A stretch of 48,155 nucleotides of DNA from Octopus bimaculoides. Its lineage: Eukaryota. This document shows, one piece after another, positions 1 through 11,937 of the stretch (positions within the stretch are counted from its first letter, which is position 1; the number at the start of each line of letters is the position of its first letter). Under the pieces are notes generated by a model. It saw nothing but the letters and a program-made list of their open reading frames with translations, ran no database searches and was not told where the DNA came from. The translations under genes were made by a program, and so were the position numbers. The stretch spans positions 26,924,261 through 26,972,415 of the forward strand of contig NC_069005.1 in NCBI RefSeq assembly GCF_001194135.2. Reading direction: 5' to 3'.

Positions 1-198
1 TAATACCGAGAGGTAATTAGTAGATACCATGAGAGAAACTCTCATATTGGCTTTTGGTGCAAAATGTATTCTGGTTTATATCGATAGCGGGGAGACATAT
101 CCCCGCCATCTGCAGCGAAATGTATATTTATCATTTAAGGAGATATATAGGTTAGATATCACTATAGGTATATATTCTATAATATCAATATAACATAC

Positions 199-2275
199 CT
201 GGCAAGTAGAGGCTCCACCTTGTCTGAAATCTCCGGCACAGAGAACTCCTTCAGCAATTCGCATCCTTGACCTTCTTGTACATACATCATGGGGGATAGC
301 TGGAAGAGCCACTTTGTATAATTCGTCAGGACTGTTTCCTTTAACTGAAAATAACACAATTGAATGATGGTTAATATCGATTGACGATGATTAAACTGAG
401 ATGATAGGAACATCAGATGAAGATTTCATGATACTTACATTGGAAATCTCCCCATCCAGCAGCGATACATCTTCGGGTACCAAATGTTTCTCCTTTTCTG
501 GCCAATTGTGCAAACTTGACACATCTGCCTTCACGGACTGGTTCGCTCAAAGTCAATATGGCAATGTCGTTCTCTGTAAGGGTAAAATATACGTATATAT
601 ATATATGTTAGACATACCTATATGCTGGTCATGAATATATATGTTTCAATAGATATATACAGATATATATGATGTATATACATATAACAGACATACGTGC
701 AGTATAGACATAAATTTATATGATAGCCATAAATAACATTGTGTGTGAGTGTTTGTATGTATGTATGTATGTATGTATGTATATGTGCAGAGTGATTGAA
801 AAGTAAACTCCCTGTTTTAAAATTCTTATAAATTATTTATTAATTGTAATTTTTACCAAAAAATATCTGAAAACGTGATAATCGTAATACTTACGAATCA
901 GGTATGGAGTATGTACGTATCCACCATGTTTCAGAATTCTACTTGCAGTTGTTGACTGAGAACCAGGACTCCATTTGTTTTTGGAACCAATATTTACTTT
1001 AACCCTTCTGACATTTCCTTCGCTAAAATCAAATCAAATATGGCAAATCTTTAGCAGACAGTAATTCTATACCGTTATATACTTGAAATTTGTCCATTGA
1101 CTATAAGCATTGTAATATGAATCTCATATTGCTCTGTTATTATTAAACGTTATTGTCCATTTAAATGTTACATTTCGGATCGTTTGTGTTATTAAAATAT
1201 ATTTCTGTTGGTTGTTCGTCTGAACGATATTAAACGCACAGAAAGTAAAATAAATAATTAATACACACAAAATGTAGAAGAATGTTCAAAGATTGAAGTG
1301 TTGTATTCATTTGACACAATATATTTTTAAGAACACCAAATATATATCTTATACTCGGTGTTCTTCTTATTGATTTCAAACTTTGGCACAAGGCCAGCAA
1401 GTCTGGGGTAGAGAGTCAGTGGATTATATCGGCCCCAGTGTTCGACTGGTACTTATTTTATCAATCCCGAAATGGGATGAAAGATAAAGTCAACCTCGGT
1501 GGAATTTGAACTCAGAACGTATAGACGGGCGAAATACAGCAAAGCCTTTTTCCGGTGTGCTAACATTTCTGTGAACTTATCGCCTTATTTTCATCTAAAT
1601 ATATGCGCTCGTTTATGGTGAAAGTCAATATATTCTAAAATTGTTAGAAAAACAAAATCCAATGTAAACTTTAGCCTGCAATTAAAGCCAGTATATACGC
1701 TGCTATTTATACCAATGTCAAATTCTGTCCAACCTCTCTATTGTACAAACACAGAAACTAAACTTTCTTCATAAACATCAACTGATGTAATACGAAGATA
1801 CGAAAATACTTACAGGCAGTGAGCTGCTGTCAATACTGTGTAGAATCAATCAAAGTACCTCCACATAAACTAATCATGTTATCTGTGGGTTGGTTAAATA
1901 TTTGAAGGTGGACAATTGAAGGAAATTCGCAGTTTTGTGCTGGAGTTCCATCGACGATCTGTGTTTTAGGTGCTGAAAGAGAATCACAAAACGATATAAA
2001 TATATATTTGTAGATAAAACATTTTTCAATGTCTATGGTATATCGATTACTGTAATTTATATGGTTGTAATTTTGAAAGCTTTAATTAATTACAAAAAGT
2101 AACAATCTTTCCGGACATATTTTCGGCATAAAATTAATGATTTAAAAATACTGACACCGAGATATATGCTGATATAAGTAAACTAGTGGGTATCAATACC
2201 AGCTTCGGCGGAAAGACATGACTTGCCAGCAAAAACTGAAGCAACCAAAACAAGAAGACAACAGAGAGACAACAT
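199..2275 (-). pseudogene. S1 serine protease paralogue A; frameshifted in exon 2; exon 6 outside the window
   Basis: Exons 2227-2275, 1814-1972, 895-1022, 439-573, 199-344. Exon 2 is 159 nt versus 160 in all other copies: caatac-tgtgt-agaatc versus caatac-gtgtgt-agaatc. This gives ...IDSTQY-stop before the catalytic His. Mature N-terminus is IVDG. Intron 1 has a GC donor. A sequencing error cannot be excluded. Confidence 0.8.
1378..1590 (-). mobile_element. SINE family 3 in intron 2 of A
   Basis: Same core as 40070-40500. Other copies are at about 44690-44830, 45005-45180 and 47035-47225. Confidence 0.72.
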
Positions 2276-2343
2276 GGTGATTCTAAGTGTTCAGTTATCT
2301 GTGGAGAATAATTCAACTGATGCTAGAGTTATGGATCGTGTGG

Positions 2344-2351
2344 TATTTATA
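2344..2351 (-). promoter_or_regulatory. TATA box of A
   Basis: TATAAATA on the minus strand about 70 nt upstream of the ATG, at the same position as in B, D, E and F. Confidence 0.7.
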
Positions 2352-5300
2352 GGAAAGTATCATTACGAAAAACGTCTTTGAGGGAAAAAAATAACAGCTG
2401 TAATTATTCATCAATGTTCGAACAATAAGACAAAGAAGAACAGAGAACGTTCTAATGTGAAGTAATTTATGTTATAATATGAAATATATAATCAATACAA
2501 TTTTTACGTTATCCCACTAAAGTGTTGTTCTAACTTCTATTGAACGAGTATTGTAATTTTTTGGGGTGTATTGTAATATCTTAATTTAATACATCTTCAA
2601 CGTAGTTCCCATATTTTTTATACGTACGTGAAAAACAATTACCTTTTGTGTGATAAGATATATTTTATTATGATGATTTCAATGGAAGATTGATCTACCT
2701 GAATATTACTCCATCAACTGTCATTTTTAAAAGTATGAATCTTGTATAGTTATTTCTTGCTTAAAAATATTTCTGTTAATTAATAAACGCAAATATGTTG
2801 AGATTAATGTCTTCATCTTGATAGTTATAGTCACAACGTTTCAGGCGTTTTGTCCTTCAGTCTTTTTAGGTTTCCGTTGCATTCCGTATTCAATACGCAA
2901 TATAAGTTTCGATGCGAACCTTAAATCCATGCCTGAAGTTTGTATTTATTTCGATATCCATATTGGAACTACTTTCCCATTTGTAAATGTTTTTACGTGT
3001 AATATTCCTAGCATGGATCTTTCAGACAATTAACAACACTTGAAAGTTCACTGGATTAACCAGTGCATACGTTGTTATGTGATAGCTTCAGTCGTAGACC
3101 TAGCTTAGCGACAAATACCATATGGGAAAATTTATTTAAAAAAAAAAAAATCTATGACCATAAAAGTAAAGATTTAAGCACTCTAATTTTCATTAGTTAA
3201 CAATCCTGCGAAACAATGAGACTGGTAATAATCGTTGATCAAAATTTAAGTGAAGTATTATAATCAGTTGGCCAAGGAATTCACTCCTTGTGTCGTTCAA
3301 ACACTCTACAGTCAAGTTGAAGCAGAAAGAGAAAGCGACTCCACAATTAGGAGAATACTAAGAGGAGAAGATCTCAGATATGGACGACAGAATGAAAACA
3401 ATCTTGCCCCTTTGGGTGTAATAAAGGGTTCGGCTCGATATTCCAATAACGTTACGAAATACGACAGGCTTCTGGAAAAAGTTTGAAGTGTCCGAAATTG
3501 TGACTGTAATCACAATGAGGTGGACAATAGATCGATTATATTATTCTATAATAATGATATTTCTCATCTCGGAAATTCAGACAAAATATTCCCTTAATTT
3601 ACAGTACTGCAGATTCTGACGGAATTCTGGTTTAAACACTCCGTATAATCCCTCACAACTTTTTTTTGTTTTCTTGGAACTTTCAGAAAATTTTTGCGAA
3701 TGTGTGTTCTACACACAGGAATTCATACGATTATCAAAAAAAATAAAATTTTTATGTGTCATTTAAGGGCGATATAGCTGCTGTTTTTAGCACATCTCAA
3801 GACCACCTGGTATCATCCTCGTTTCTTTGCCACTCTCACATGTATTGATGTTTTTCAATATTTTTCTCCCCATAAACGCATTTAATGAAATATACCTGTA
3901 GCGATGAAATTCAGTAAAAGGAATTGTTTTCTGTCATTTAAAATTAGTAATTTATGTATGTGACGTTTATTATATTTAATACAATAGACATATACGATTT
4001 ATGTGCCTTACTGAACGTGTTTGCATGTACACGAAGAATATCGTAATGTTACGTTATTACAAGCGAACTTCTGTTACTATGATAACATCTTCAATGTCTT
4101 CAGAACGTCAGGATACACTTCAGTTATTGTAGCAATTGTATTAAAAGATTTCTGATGCTCTAAATAGATTGTATAATTTTGCACGCATTCAAAGGTTTCA
4201 ATCTTCAAAACCATGCTGCAGCACCTCTTGTACCTGGAACAGATTCAACCGACTCTCACAGTTCCTAGTGCTGAAAATACCGAGGGAGTCTTCTTAGTGC
4301 TCCATGCGTTTTAAAGATGGCGAGAAGCGAAACCATGTAGCTTTGAAAGACATAATAATGCAACAATTCCACATAAAAACGCATACTTAGAAGGATACAC
4401 GACTTGTCCGTCATCGTGAAAGAAGTAAATCGACAAAATTAGAAGACGAAGATAAACTCGACAAATAGATACATAGGATGAGACACAAATACAACGTTAT
4501 GTGGTACCAACATTAATACCAAATTAGTTTTTTCGGTATTCTATATAAACGAAAAGTTAAAGCATCCGCTTTCTAGTAACAACAATGGCGACATGAAATA
4601 TAACTAGTATAAAATATGAAGTATATCACATTTTACAGTAGAATCGAAGTAAGAGATGTCACAATCAATATGGGGAAATAACCAACAGTACATGTAACAA
4701 CGAACCACTTGAATCCCTCAACGGGGAATGAAGCAGCTCAGGACCATCCTCTATTGGCTGCTCTAAAGAGGAATCTCAGGAACGGATAGCCAACATATCC
4801 TTTATCAAAACAACCATATACGCAGTTTTCAAATACATAAAACAATTCCTAATTCAACCCAGAAAGCACTTTCACGCTTTCACATATCAAAATCATCGCT
4901 ACGCTAACATTACGGAAGAAGCTATCGCATAACAGCCTGTGTGATGGCTTTTCCGGTCGTTGTATCCTCAAGCGTTGTTAACATTCTGTCATCTTGACTT
5001 TGTTCCGCAAAAGTTGTTGGCTTCTGTTTTCCGTCACAACTGCTTTATTTTTTTTCTCCATCCTACACACAGATCATAGCTTTGCAATGTAGTCCTACTC
5101 TTAAGGGGTACATAGTTTCCCTTTATATGAATTGCTATAATTTATATAAAGTTACACGGGGTGTAGTACACACAGCTATTGGTCATGATATTTTATTTTA
5201 GTGCCTTTCTTTAAAAGAGATGTCCTCGAACGCCATTGATAAAGTCCTCAGTAGAACTAACATAGAGATAAACACTTTATAGGGGCCTTTCCTGAAGAAT

Positions 5301-6191
5301 GAAAGACATTTGGCTTATGACCATAAAAAAATTAGGTTTTGATATTTCCAATTTCGGTTACATAATTCCCTTACATGACCATATGACAATGTGTATAAGC
5401 GTTAATAAAGTGATCGGTATCGTAGGTGAACTAACGAGCGTGAGTTCTATCCCTGAGTCACGCAAACAATAATAAACAGTTCGATCCAAGAGGAACGATC
5501 AAGAGACATCACATGTAAGAAGAGTAACTAATGCGAGAATAGTGCTGGTACATGTACTGGAACGAGGACAATACGCAACCGTAGATATAATACAAGGGTT
5601 CGCTTCGAAACCCGTATTCTATCTTGAGAGTTATGGAACACGGCAGAAACTGAAAAAGATTGAGGAGTGTAACGGCCAAAAAGCTGTAACAATTACAGCG
5701 AAGATGAGGACATTAATCCCAACATATTTGCGTTTATTAATTAACAGGAAATATTTTTAAACAAGAAATAACTATACATTAATACAAACTGGTTCATCAT
5801 TTTAAAATAACAGGTGAGGGAATAATATTCAAGTGGATCAATCTTCAATAGAAATCATCTGAGTGGTCAACACAATAACATGTTTTTTTATCACACAAAA
5901 GGTAATTGTTTTTCATGTACTTATAAAAATATGGGAACTATCTTGAAGATGTATTAATTTAAGATATTACAATACACCCCAAAAAATTACAATACTCGTT
6001 CAATAGAAGTTAGAACAACACTTTAGTGGGATAACGTAAAAATTGTATTGGTTATATATTTCATATTATAACATAAATTACTTTACATTAAAACGTTCTA
6101 TGTTCTTCTTTGTCTTATTGTTCGAACATTGATGAATAATTACAGCTGTTATTTTTTTCCCTCAAAGACGTTTTTCGTAATGATACTTTCC

Positions 6192-6199
6192 TATAAATA
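6192..6199 (+). promoter_or_regulatory. TATA box of B
   Basis: cc-TATAAATA-cc about 70 nt upstream of ATG 6268; conserved in paralogues. Confidence 0.72.
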
Positions 6200-6267
6200 C
6201 CACACGAACTATAACTGTAGCATCAGTTGAATTATTCTTCGCAAATAACTGAACATCTACAATCACC

Positions 6268-9200
6268 ATGTTGTCTCTCTGTTGCCTTCTTGTTACAGTT
6301 GCTTCCGTTTTTGCTGGTAAGTCATGTCACCCGTTTCAGTGTGTGACGTTATCGGACTTTTGAAATCCGATTTTAACACCGGTTATTTTCACGATATCAA
6401 TTTCGATACATGAGTCAGAAAAATCCACATATAAATTTAATGTAAAAAAAAATGGTTGAAAAATATTTTTTTGGCATTTAATTAAAACACCTACAAAAAC
6501 TACAATCGTATAAATTACAGTGATTGATATATCGTAGACATTGAAGAATGATCAGTCTACAAATATATATTTATATCGTTTTGTGATCTTCTTTCAGCGC
6601 CAGAAACACAGATCGTCGGTGGGTCTCCAGCACAAAACTGCGAATTTCCTTCAATTATCCACCTCCAAATATTTAACCAACCCACAGATAACATGATTAG
6701 TTTATGCGGAGGTACTTTGATTGATTCTACACACGTATTGACAGCAGCTCACTGCCTGTAAGTATATACATTACAGATTCACTTTTTCACATCATTATAT
6801 TATATTACTTGGTGTTAATGAAGAAAGTTTAATTTCTGTGTTTTATAACATAAAGGTTGGAAAGAATTTGATGTTGGTGTAAATAGCAACATATATGCTA
6901 GCTTTAATATCAGGCTAAAATTTGCATAGAATTCTGTTTTCAACAATTTTGGAATATATTGACTTTCACCATAAACAGGTGGAATTATTTAGATAAAGAT
7001 ATATATTTAATTTCCACCTTGAAAATATATTGAGGCGAATGAATACAACACTTCAATCTCTGAACATTCTTCTATATTTTGTCTGTATTAATTGTTCATT
7101 CGACTTTCTGTGTGTTTAATAGCGTTCAGACTAACAACACCGATATAAATATATTTTGATAGCACACACAATCCGAAATGCAACATTGAAATAGACATCA
7201 ACATTTAATAATTACACTGCAATATAAGAGAGTTATGTTACAATACTTTAATGAATGGTCAAACACTTTAATATCCAAGAGGATAAATTCAAGCGTATTA
7301 CAGTATAAAATTACTGTCTGCTAAAGATCTGCCATATTTGATTTGATTTTAGCGAAGGAAATGTCAGAAGGGTTAAAGTAAATATTGGTTCCAACAACAA
7401 ATGGAGTCCTGGTTCTCAGTCAACAACTGCAAGTAGAATTCTGAAACATGGTGGATACGTACATACTCCATACCTGATAAGTGAGTATTACGATTATCAT
7501 GTCTTCAGATAGTTTCTTATTAATTTTCTTCCTCTTACCATATATCAGTAAATATTATTATTTCATGAATTGCAATGTGGTAACTAATGTTTGGTATTTT
7601 CACTTCAGTGTTTCTGTAATAAATGTTTAAAAGAAGGTGGTTACATGACTTCTTAAAAAACAGAGCCAGGCTATGGCAGCCAAAGGGTTCCTTTCCAAGG
7701 AGGCATTAATAACGAGAGTAGTGTCTCAGGGAACTGTCATGATGGCTGTCTCGGCCATGGTATCAGTTACACAAACAACAACAGTTGCTAGCTACACCGA
7801 CGACATAAAAGTAGCACAAACAGACATGGACACACTCGTTGCTAATCTTCCACAGAAAGACCCCCAGATGCCACATAAATGGGCTGAAGAAAAGTGCATG
7901 CAATTTAATGTAGGAAAATTCCAAGCCCTTAGCTATCAGTCGGCTTGTGCTAACACGTCACAAGAAAAGCAATTTGGACAAAAAAGATCAGCCAGTCCAG
8001 AGTCAAACACAATGTGTGACCTCGATATTGATATGAGCAACGATGCTTCGTTTCGTGTACGTATCATAAAGATGGTAGCAATGTGGAAGCGAATGAGTGG
8101 ATGGACTCTAAACACTTTCAGAACAAAAGACCAGGAAATTATTCTGATCGTTACAGAGTACATTTGTCCTCTGCCATCTGGACTACTGCTCTCAACGATA
8201 GTTACCCCACAGTGTGAAATTAATGGCGGAACTTCAGGCAGTTCAGCTGCGCTAGGAAGACTGTATCCATGAAATACCTGAGTTACTTAGGGAGACCGAA
8301 AAACGTACGACTCTATTCTCTAGAGCGAAGACAGGAGAGATATGCAATGATATACTTAGGCACTGCAAAAGCTTGGGGTGCAATGGCCCACAGCTATTTA
8401 ATATCCTGTGAAAAACCCGGAGAGGTCTATATGATCTTCTGCAGTACAAGATCTGAGATAAACCCATATCACGGAAAATAACCCAAAAGAGGGCAGCAGA
8501 ATCGAACTACCTCCTTCACCAAAAGCCAATTACTTGAGGATGGGCAATGAAAAAGGGATGGTATTCGGCGATGCCCTGTTTGACAAAACAAAACCCTTTG
8601 AGCAGAAACGCATAAAGTAATAAAAGAACGTATGCTCTCCCTCTCAATAGATACATATATATTCACGATTAGCTAATACGCCTGCCTAAAATATACGTAT
8701 ATTTTACCCTTACAGAGAACGACATTGCCATATTGACTTTGAGCGAGCCTGTCCGCGAAGGTGGATGTGTCCAGTTTGCACAATTGGCCAAACAAAGAGA
8801 AACATTTGGTACCCGAAGGTGTATGGCTGCTGGATGGGGAGATTTCCAATGTAAGTATCATGAAATTTTCATCTGATGTTCCTATCATCCCAATTTAATC
8901 ATCGTCAATCGATATTAATCATCATTCAATTATGTTATTTTCAGTTAAAGGAAACAGTCCTGACGAATTATACAAAGTGGCTCTTCCAGCTATCCCCCAT
9001 GATGTATGTACAAGAAGGTCAAGGATGCGAATTGTTGAAGGAGTTCTCTGTGCCGGAGATTTCAGACAAGGTGGAGCCTCTACTTGCCAGGTATGTTATA
9101 TTGATATTATAGCATATACAATAATTCCACGCCATATCACAGTTCAACTATCGCTTACTCAGTACATCGCGGTTCACCTGTCGCGCACTCAGTACATCGC

Positions 9201-9552
9201 GGATTTTCCTGGCTAATATATGTAAATTTATATCGCGGAATCCTCAGTATATCCGGGTTTCTGCGGCCGAAAGGTATTTATATTTTTTTAGATTTTAATT
9301 ATTTCTATGGGAGGTTTAGGAACGTAACACCTGCGATAGTCGAGGGATTACTGCATACCTATATCTAACAGATATATCTCCTTAAATATACTGATCAATT
9401 ATATATATGTATATATATATATGAAGATCTATGAGAATGACGTTTAGAAGTGTAAAGGTGAGTTTTTAAAATATTAATCCTTTTATGAGGATGTTACTAA
9501 CCATTTTGTGGAAGATTTTTTTTCTGGTATATATATATGTAGAGAGACAAAC

Positions 9553-9624
<72 letters not shown>

Positions 9625-10014
9625 GGACGGACAGATGGACGGACAGAGACAAATAGACAAACTGATTGATACATAGATATGTGTAAGCCTTTTTGTGTGT
9701 GTGTTTGAAATGAGAACTCCTTATCGTTACAAGTAAATTTCTTTGTAAAATATATTGAACAAATGATTCATTTTCTGAAATATTTACTGAGAACTTCTAA
9801 CTTTAGTCAATATCTAATAATTCCAGTGAATATAAAGTTATATTGTTTGTGTTTTTTCTTTCAGGGTGACTCTGGTGGTCCACTTTATTGTCCAAGCTCA
9901 AGTGGTCAAATGGTTTTGGCAGGAGTAACATCTTTCGGAAATAAATGTGACAACGAAGTCAGTGCTTTCAGTGATGTCGGATATTTCCGAGACTGGATCA
10001 ACAGTAACCTGTAA
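6268..10014 (+). CDS. Secreted chymotrypsin-like S1 serine protease, paralogue B (intact, 255 aa)
   Basis: join(6268-6316,6598-6757,7353-7480,8716-8850,8945-9090,9865-10014), all GT-AG and phase-compatible. Signal [16 protein letters not shown], pro-peptide [10 protein letters not shown]-terminus, catalytic motifs TAAHC, NDIAIL and GDSGGP, Ser at position 189 (ASTCQGDS). Confidence 0.95.
7632..8640 (+). mobile_element. Degenerate CR1/L2-like LINE reverse transcriptase fragment in intron 3 of B
   Basis: ORF 7673-8272 has VSQGTV (a GVPQGxVLGP-like motif), YTDD (YADD-like) and [14 protein letters not shown]. It is homologous to 16390-17200 on the minus strand. Confidence 0.8.
9125..9353. mobile_element. 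pogo/Tigger-like MITE remnant in intron 5 of B
   Basis: Ends in CGAGGGATTACTG (reverse complement CAGTAATCCCTCG) with internal ATCGCGG repeats. No matching left TIR was found. Confidence 0.5.
9541..9660. repeat. (GATA)n/(GGAC)n microsatellite
   Basis: Direct reading. Similar arrays are at 21157-21222 (GATA), 11869-11936, 12332-12366 and 16040-16370 (TACA/TATG), 23621-23716 and 30769-30810 (GT), and many (TA)n tracts. Confidence 0.95.
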
Positions 10015-10087
10015 AAAGTACTTTAATGAAATTTTCTATTTACAAAGAAATATCACTAGAATATTACTCACAATGTATTAACAAATT

Positions 10088-10093
10088 AATAAA
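10088..10093 (+). terminator. Polyadenylation signal of B
   Basis: AATAAA about 75 nt after the stop codon, in a 3' UTR conserved in D (26303-26308), E (28258-28263, minus) and F (37640-37645). Confidence 0.6.
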
Positions 10094-10814
10094 TATATAA
10101 AATATTTTATCAAATTGTTGTGGTTGTTATATTACGCGAGTATGTCCAACTATATATCTGTTTGCAGTTTTGTTTCTGATAATTTTGTAGTAGAATCATA
10201 TTTCTTACGAGGGAGTGCTGAAAAATCCCGAGCTTTAAGAGTGCCGCGAAAAGCCTAGTCGGTGGACCAAACTTCCGAATTCTTTTACAGGAGTTAGAAA
10301 AACTGAAGTACCGCTGCAATAAGTGTGTGAATCTGAGAGGAGAAATGTTGAATAAAATCATAATTAACAGATCCTCCTGTATTTTCTTTTATCCAAAAGC
10401 CAGGAAGTTTTCAGCACGTCCTCGTACATATATGACTGTCGTGTGTCTCCCTTTTCCCATTGTTCCACTATATTGCTAGGAAAGTCTGTGGAATTAGAGA
10501 TTATAACTACATCATAACAGCGATTAATGCAGTAATCTCAGTTACTGTTTCACAGACGGTTAATGTTTTTGTTGTTCATATTTCAAAAGCAAAACAGAAT
10601 TTATCTGAAGAATGCAGAATGCTAAAGTATTACAAAATGACATTTTGAAATCTAATAAATATTTAATAACGTCTTGACTCCATCGACTGTTGAGAAGGAG
10701 GAAAGTATCTTCTTAATTATCAGTGAATTCGAGTTTCATCTATTTACATGGCCATACTGGGGCATCGGCTTAAATGTTGAGCACTCTATATATAGAGTGT
10801 CCGTAGAATGCTCA

Positions 10815-11630
10815 ACGCAGCGCAACCGAACAAATATTCTACTGCATGTAAGTCTTCGAGAAATCGTGGGACTATTGCCAAGAGGCGTACGCTTGCTTTC
10901 TAGACCTTGAAAACGCATGTGGCCCACATACTGTGAAGGGTTTTGCAGAAGTTTGGGCTTAATGGACAACTTCTGCTATCCATGAATGGTCAGATGTTTG
11001 TGTTCGAATAAATGGTGCTTAGCCGAAATCGATGAACGTGGGGGTTGGACTTCAGCAGGGCTGCATATTGTTATTCCACCCTTTCATAATTTTAATGAAC
11101 TGAGTTGATATTCGTATCCGTAATAAAAGTGATATCACAATAGGTGGGCATGGGATCGGTTCGCTGATATTTGCAGACGATATATTGCTTCTTGGTTCAT
11201 CAGAAGATAATTCCCAGCATGCACCGAATGCCACAAGGCAGGGATGAGAAATTAGTGCAGCGAAGTCTAATGCATTGGTTCTTCTCAAGAAAGTCTTTCC
11301 AGTGCATTCTGAATGTCAGCGGAACATAACTGAAACAAGAGAAAAAGTCCAAATATCTCGAGACCGTATTCACGAGTGATGGGGAGCAGGAGGCTGAATT
11401 GTCGGTGTTGTTATGTGCCAGGTCCAGCATTTGATCGTCGGAAAACGTAAAATCGTCAGAAGACGTAAAAGTTGTAAAATTGTCAGACTTACTATATTCA
11501 ATTCGATTTTCGTGCCTTATCCTCGCCTATGGTAATGAATGCTGGGTAATGACTGAAAGAGTACAATCACGAATACATGCATCCGAAATGGGGTTCCTCT
11601 GAAGGATTTCTGTAGTAGCGTTACTTGCCC
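10815..11630 (+). mobile_element. Degenerate RTE-clade LINE fragment 3' of B
   Basis: Motifs ACFLDLENA, GVGLQQGC, SLIFADDILL, KYLETVFTSDG and LAYGNECWVMTERVQSRIHASEMGFL. Confidence 0.82.
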
Positions 11631-11937
11631 CTAAAATAAACAAATGCATCTAAATAATATCATTCCTAAATTTTTGTTTTAAACAAAACCTGACTTGTGG
11701 ACAAATACCTCTGAGCTGATTGAATGGTTAAAAAAATATTCAAAACAAATATAAGTGTAATGATATCCAAGTAGATATTAAATATATTCTCCAATAATAA
11801 ATCACCAAATAAGGCATCCCTACATGATAGACTATTTAAATCGCCGGACGATCATAAAATTTCACCCCTACACATTCATACATACATACATACGTACGTA
11901 CATACATACATACATACATACATACATACATACATTT

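Noticed and set aside
177-413. Recurrent [11 protein letters not shown].. ORFs (also 8876, 15492, 36773)
   Set aside because: Alternative frame over intron 4 and exon 5 of the protease; no independent start or splice support.
401-634. Recurrent MIGTS(D/F).. ORFs (also 8673-8888, 15716-15979, 25128-25391, 29983-30243, 36507-36785)
   Set aside because: They are antisense shadows of protease exon 4. They recur only because the gene is duplicated.
3250-3486. Conserved ~75-aa ORF repeated at 21727-21945
   Set aside because: Conservation is explained by duplication of the type-1 upstream region. STIRRIL faintly resembles a Tc1 HTH, but the support is too weak to call.
7673-8272. Longest real ORF (199 aa) as a host gene
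   Set aside because: It is a decayed LINE RT piece with a corrupted YTDD motif, lying within an intron.
9125-9240. CRISPR-like short repeats (actcagtacatcgcgg twice)
   Set aside because: Only 2-3 degenerate units without regular spacers, in a eukaryotic intron. They are MITE sub-terminal repeats.
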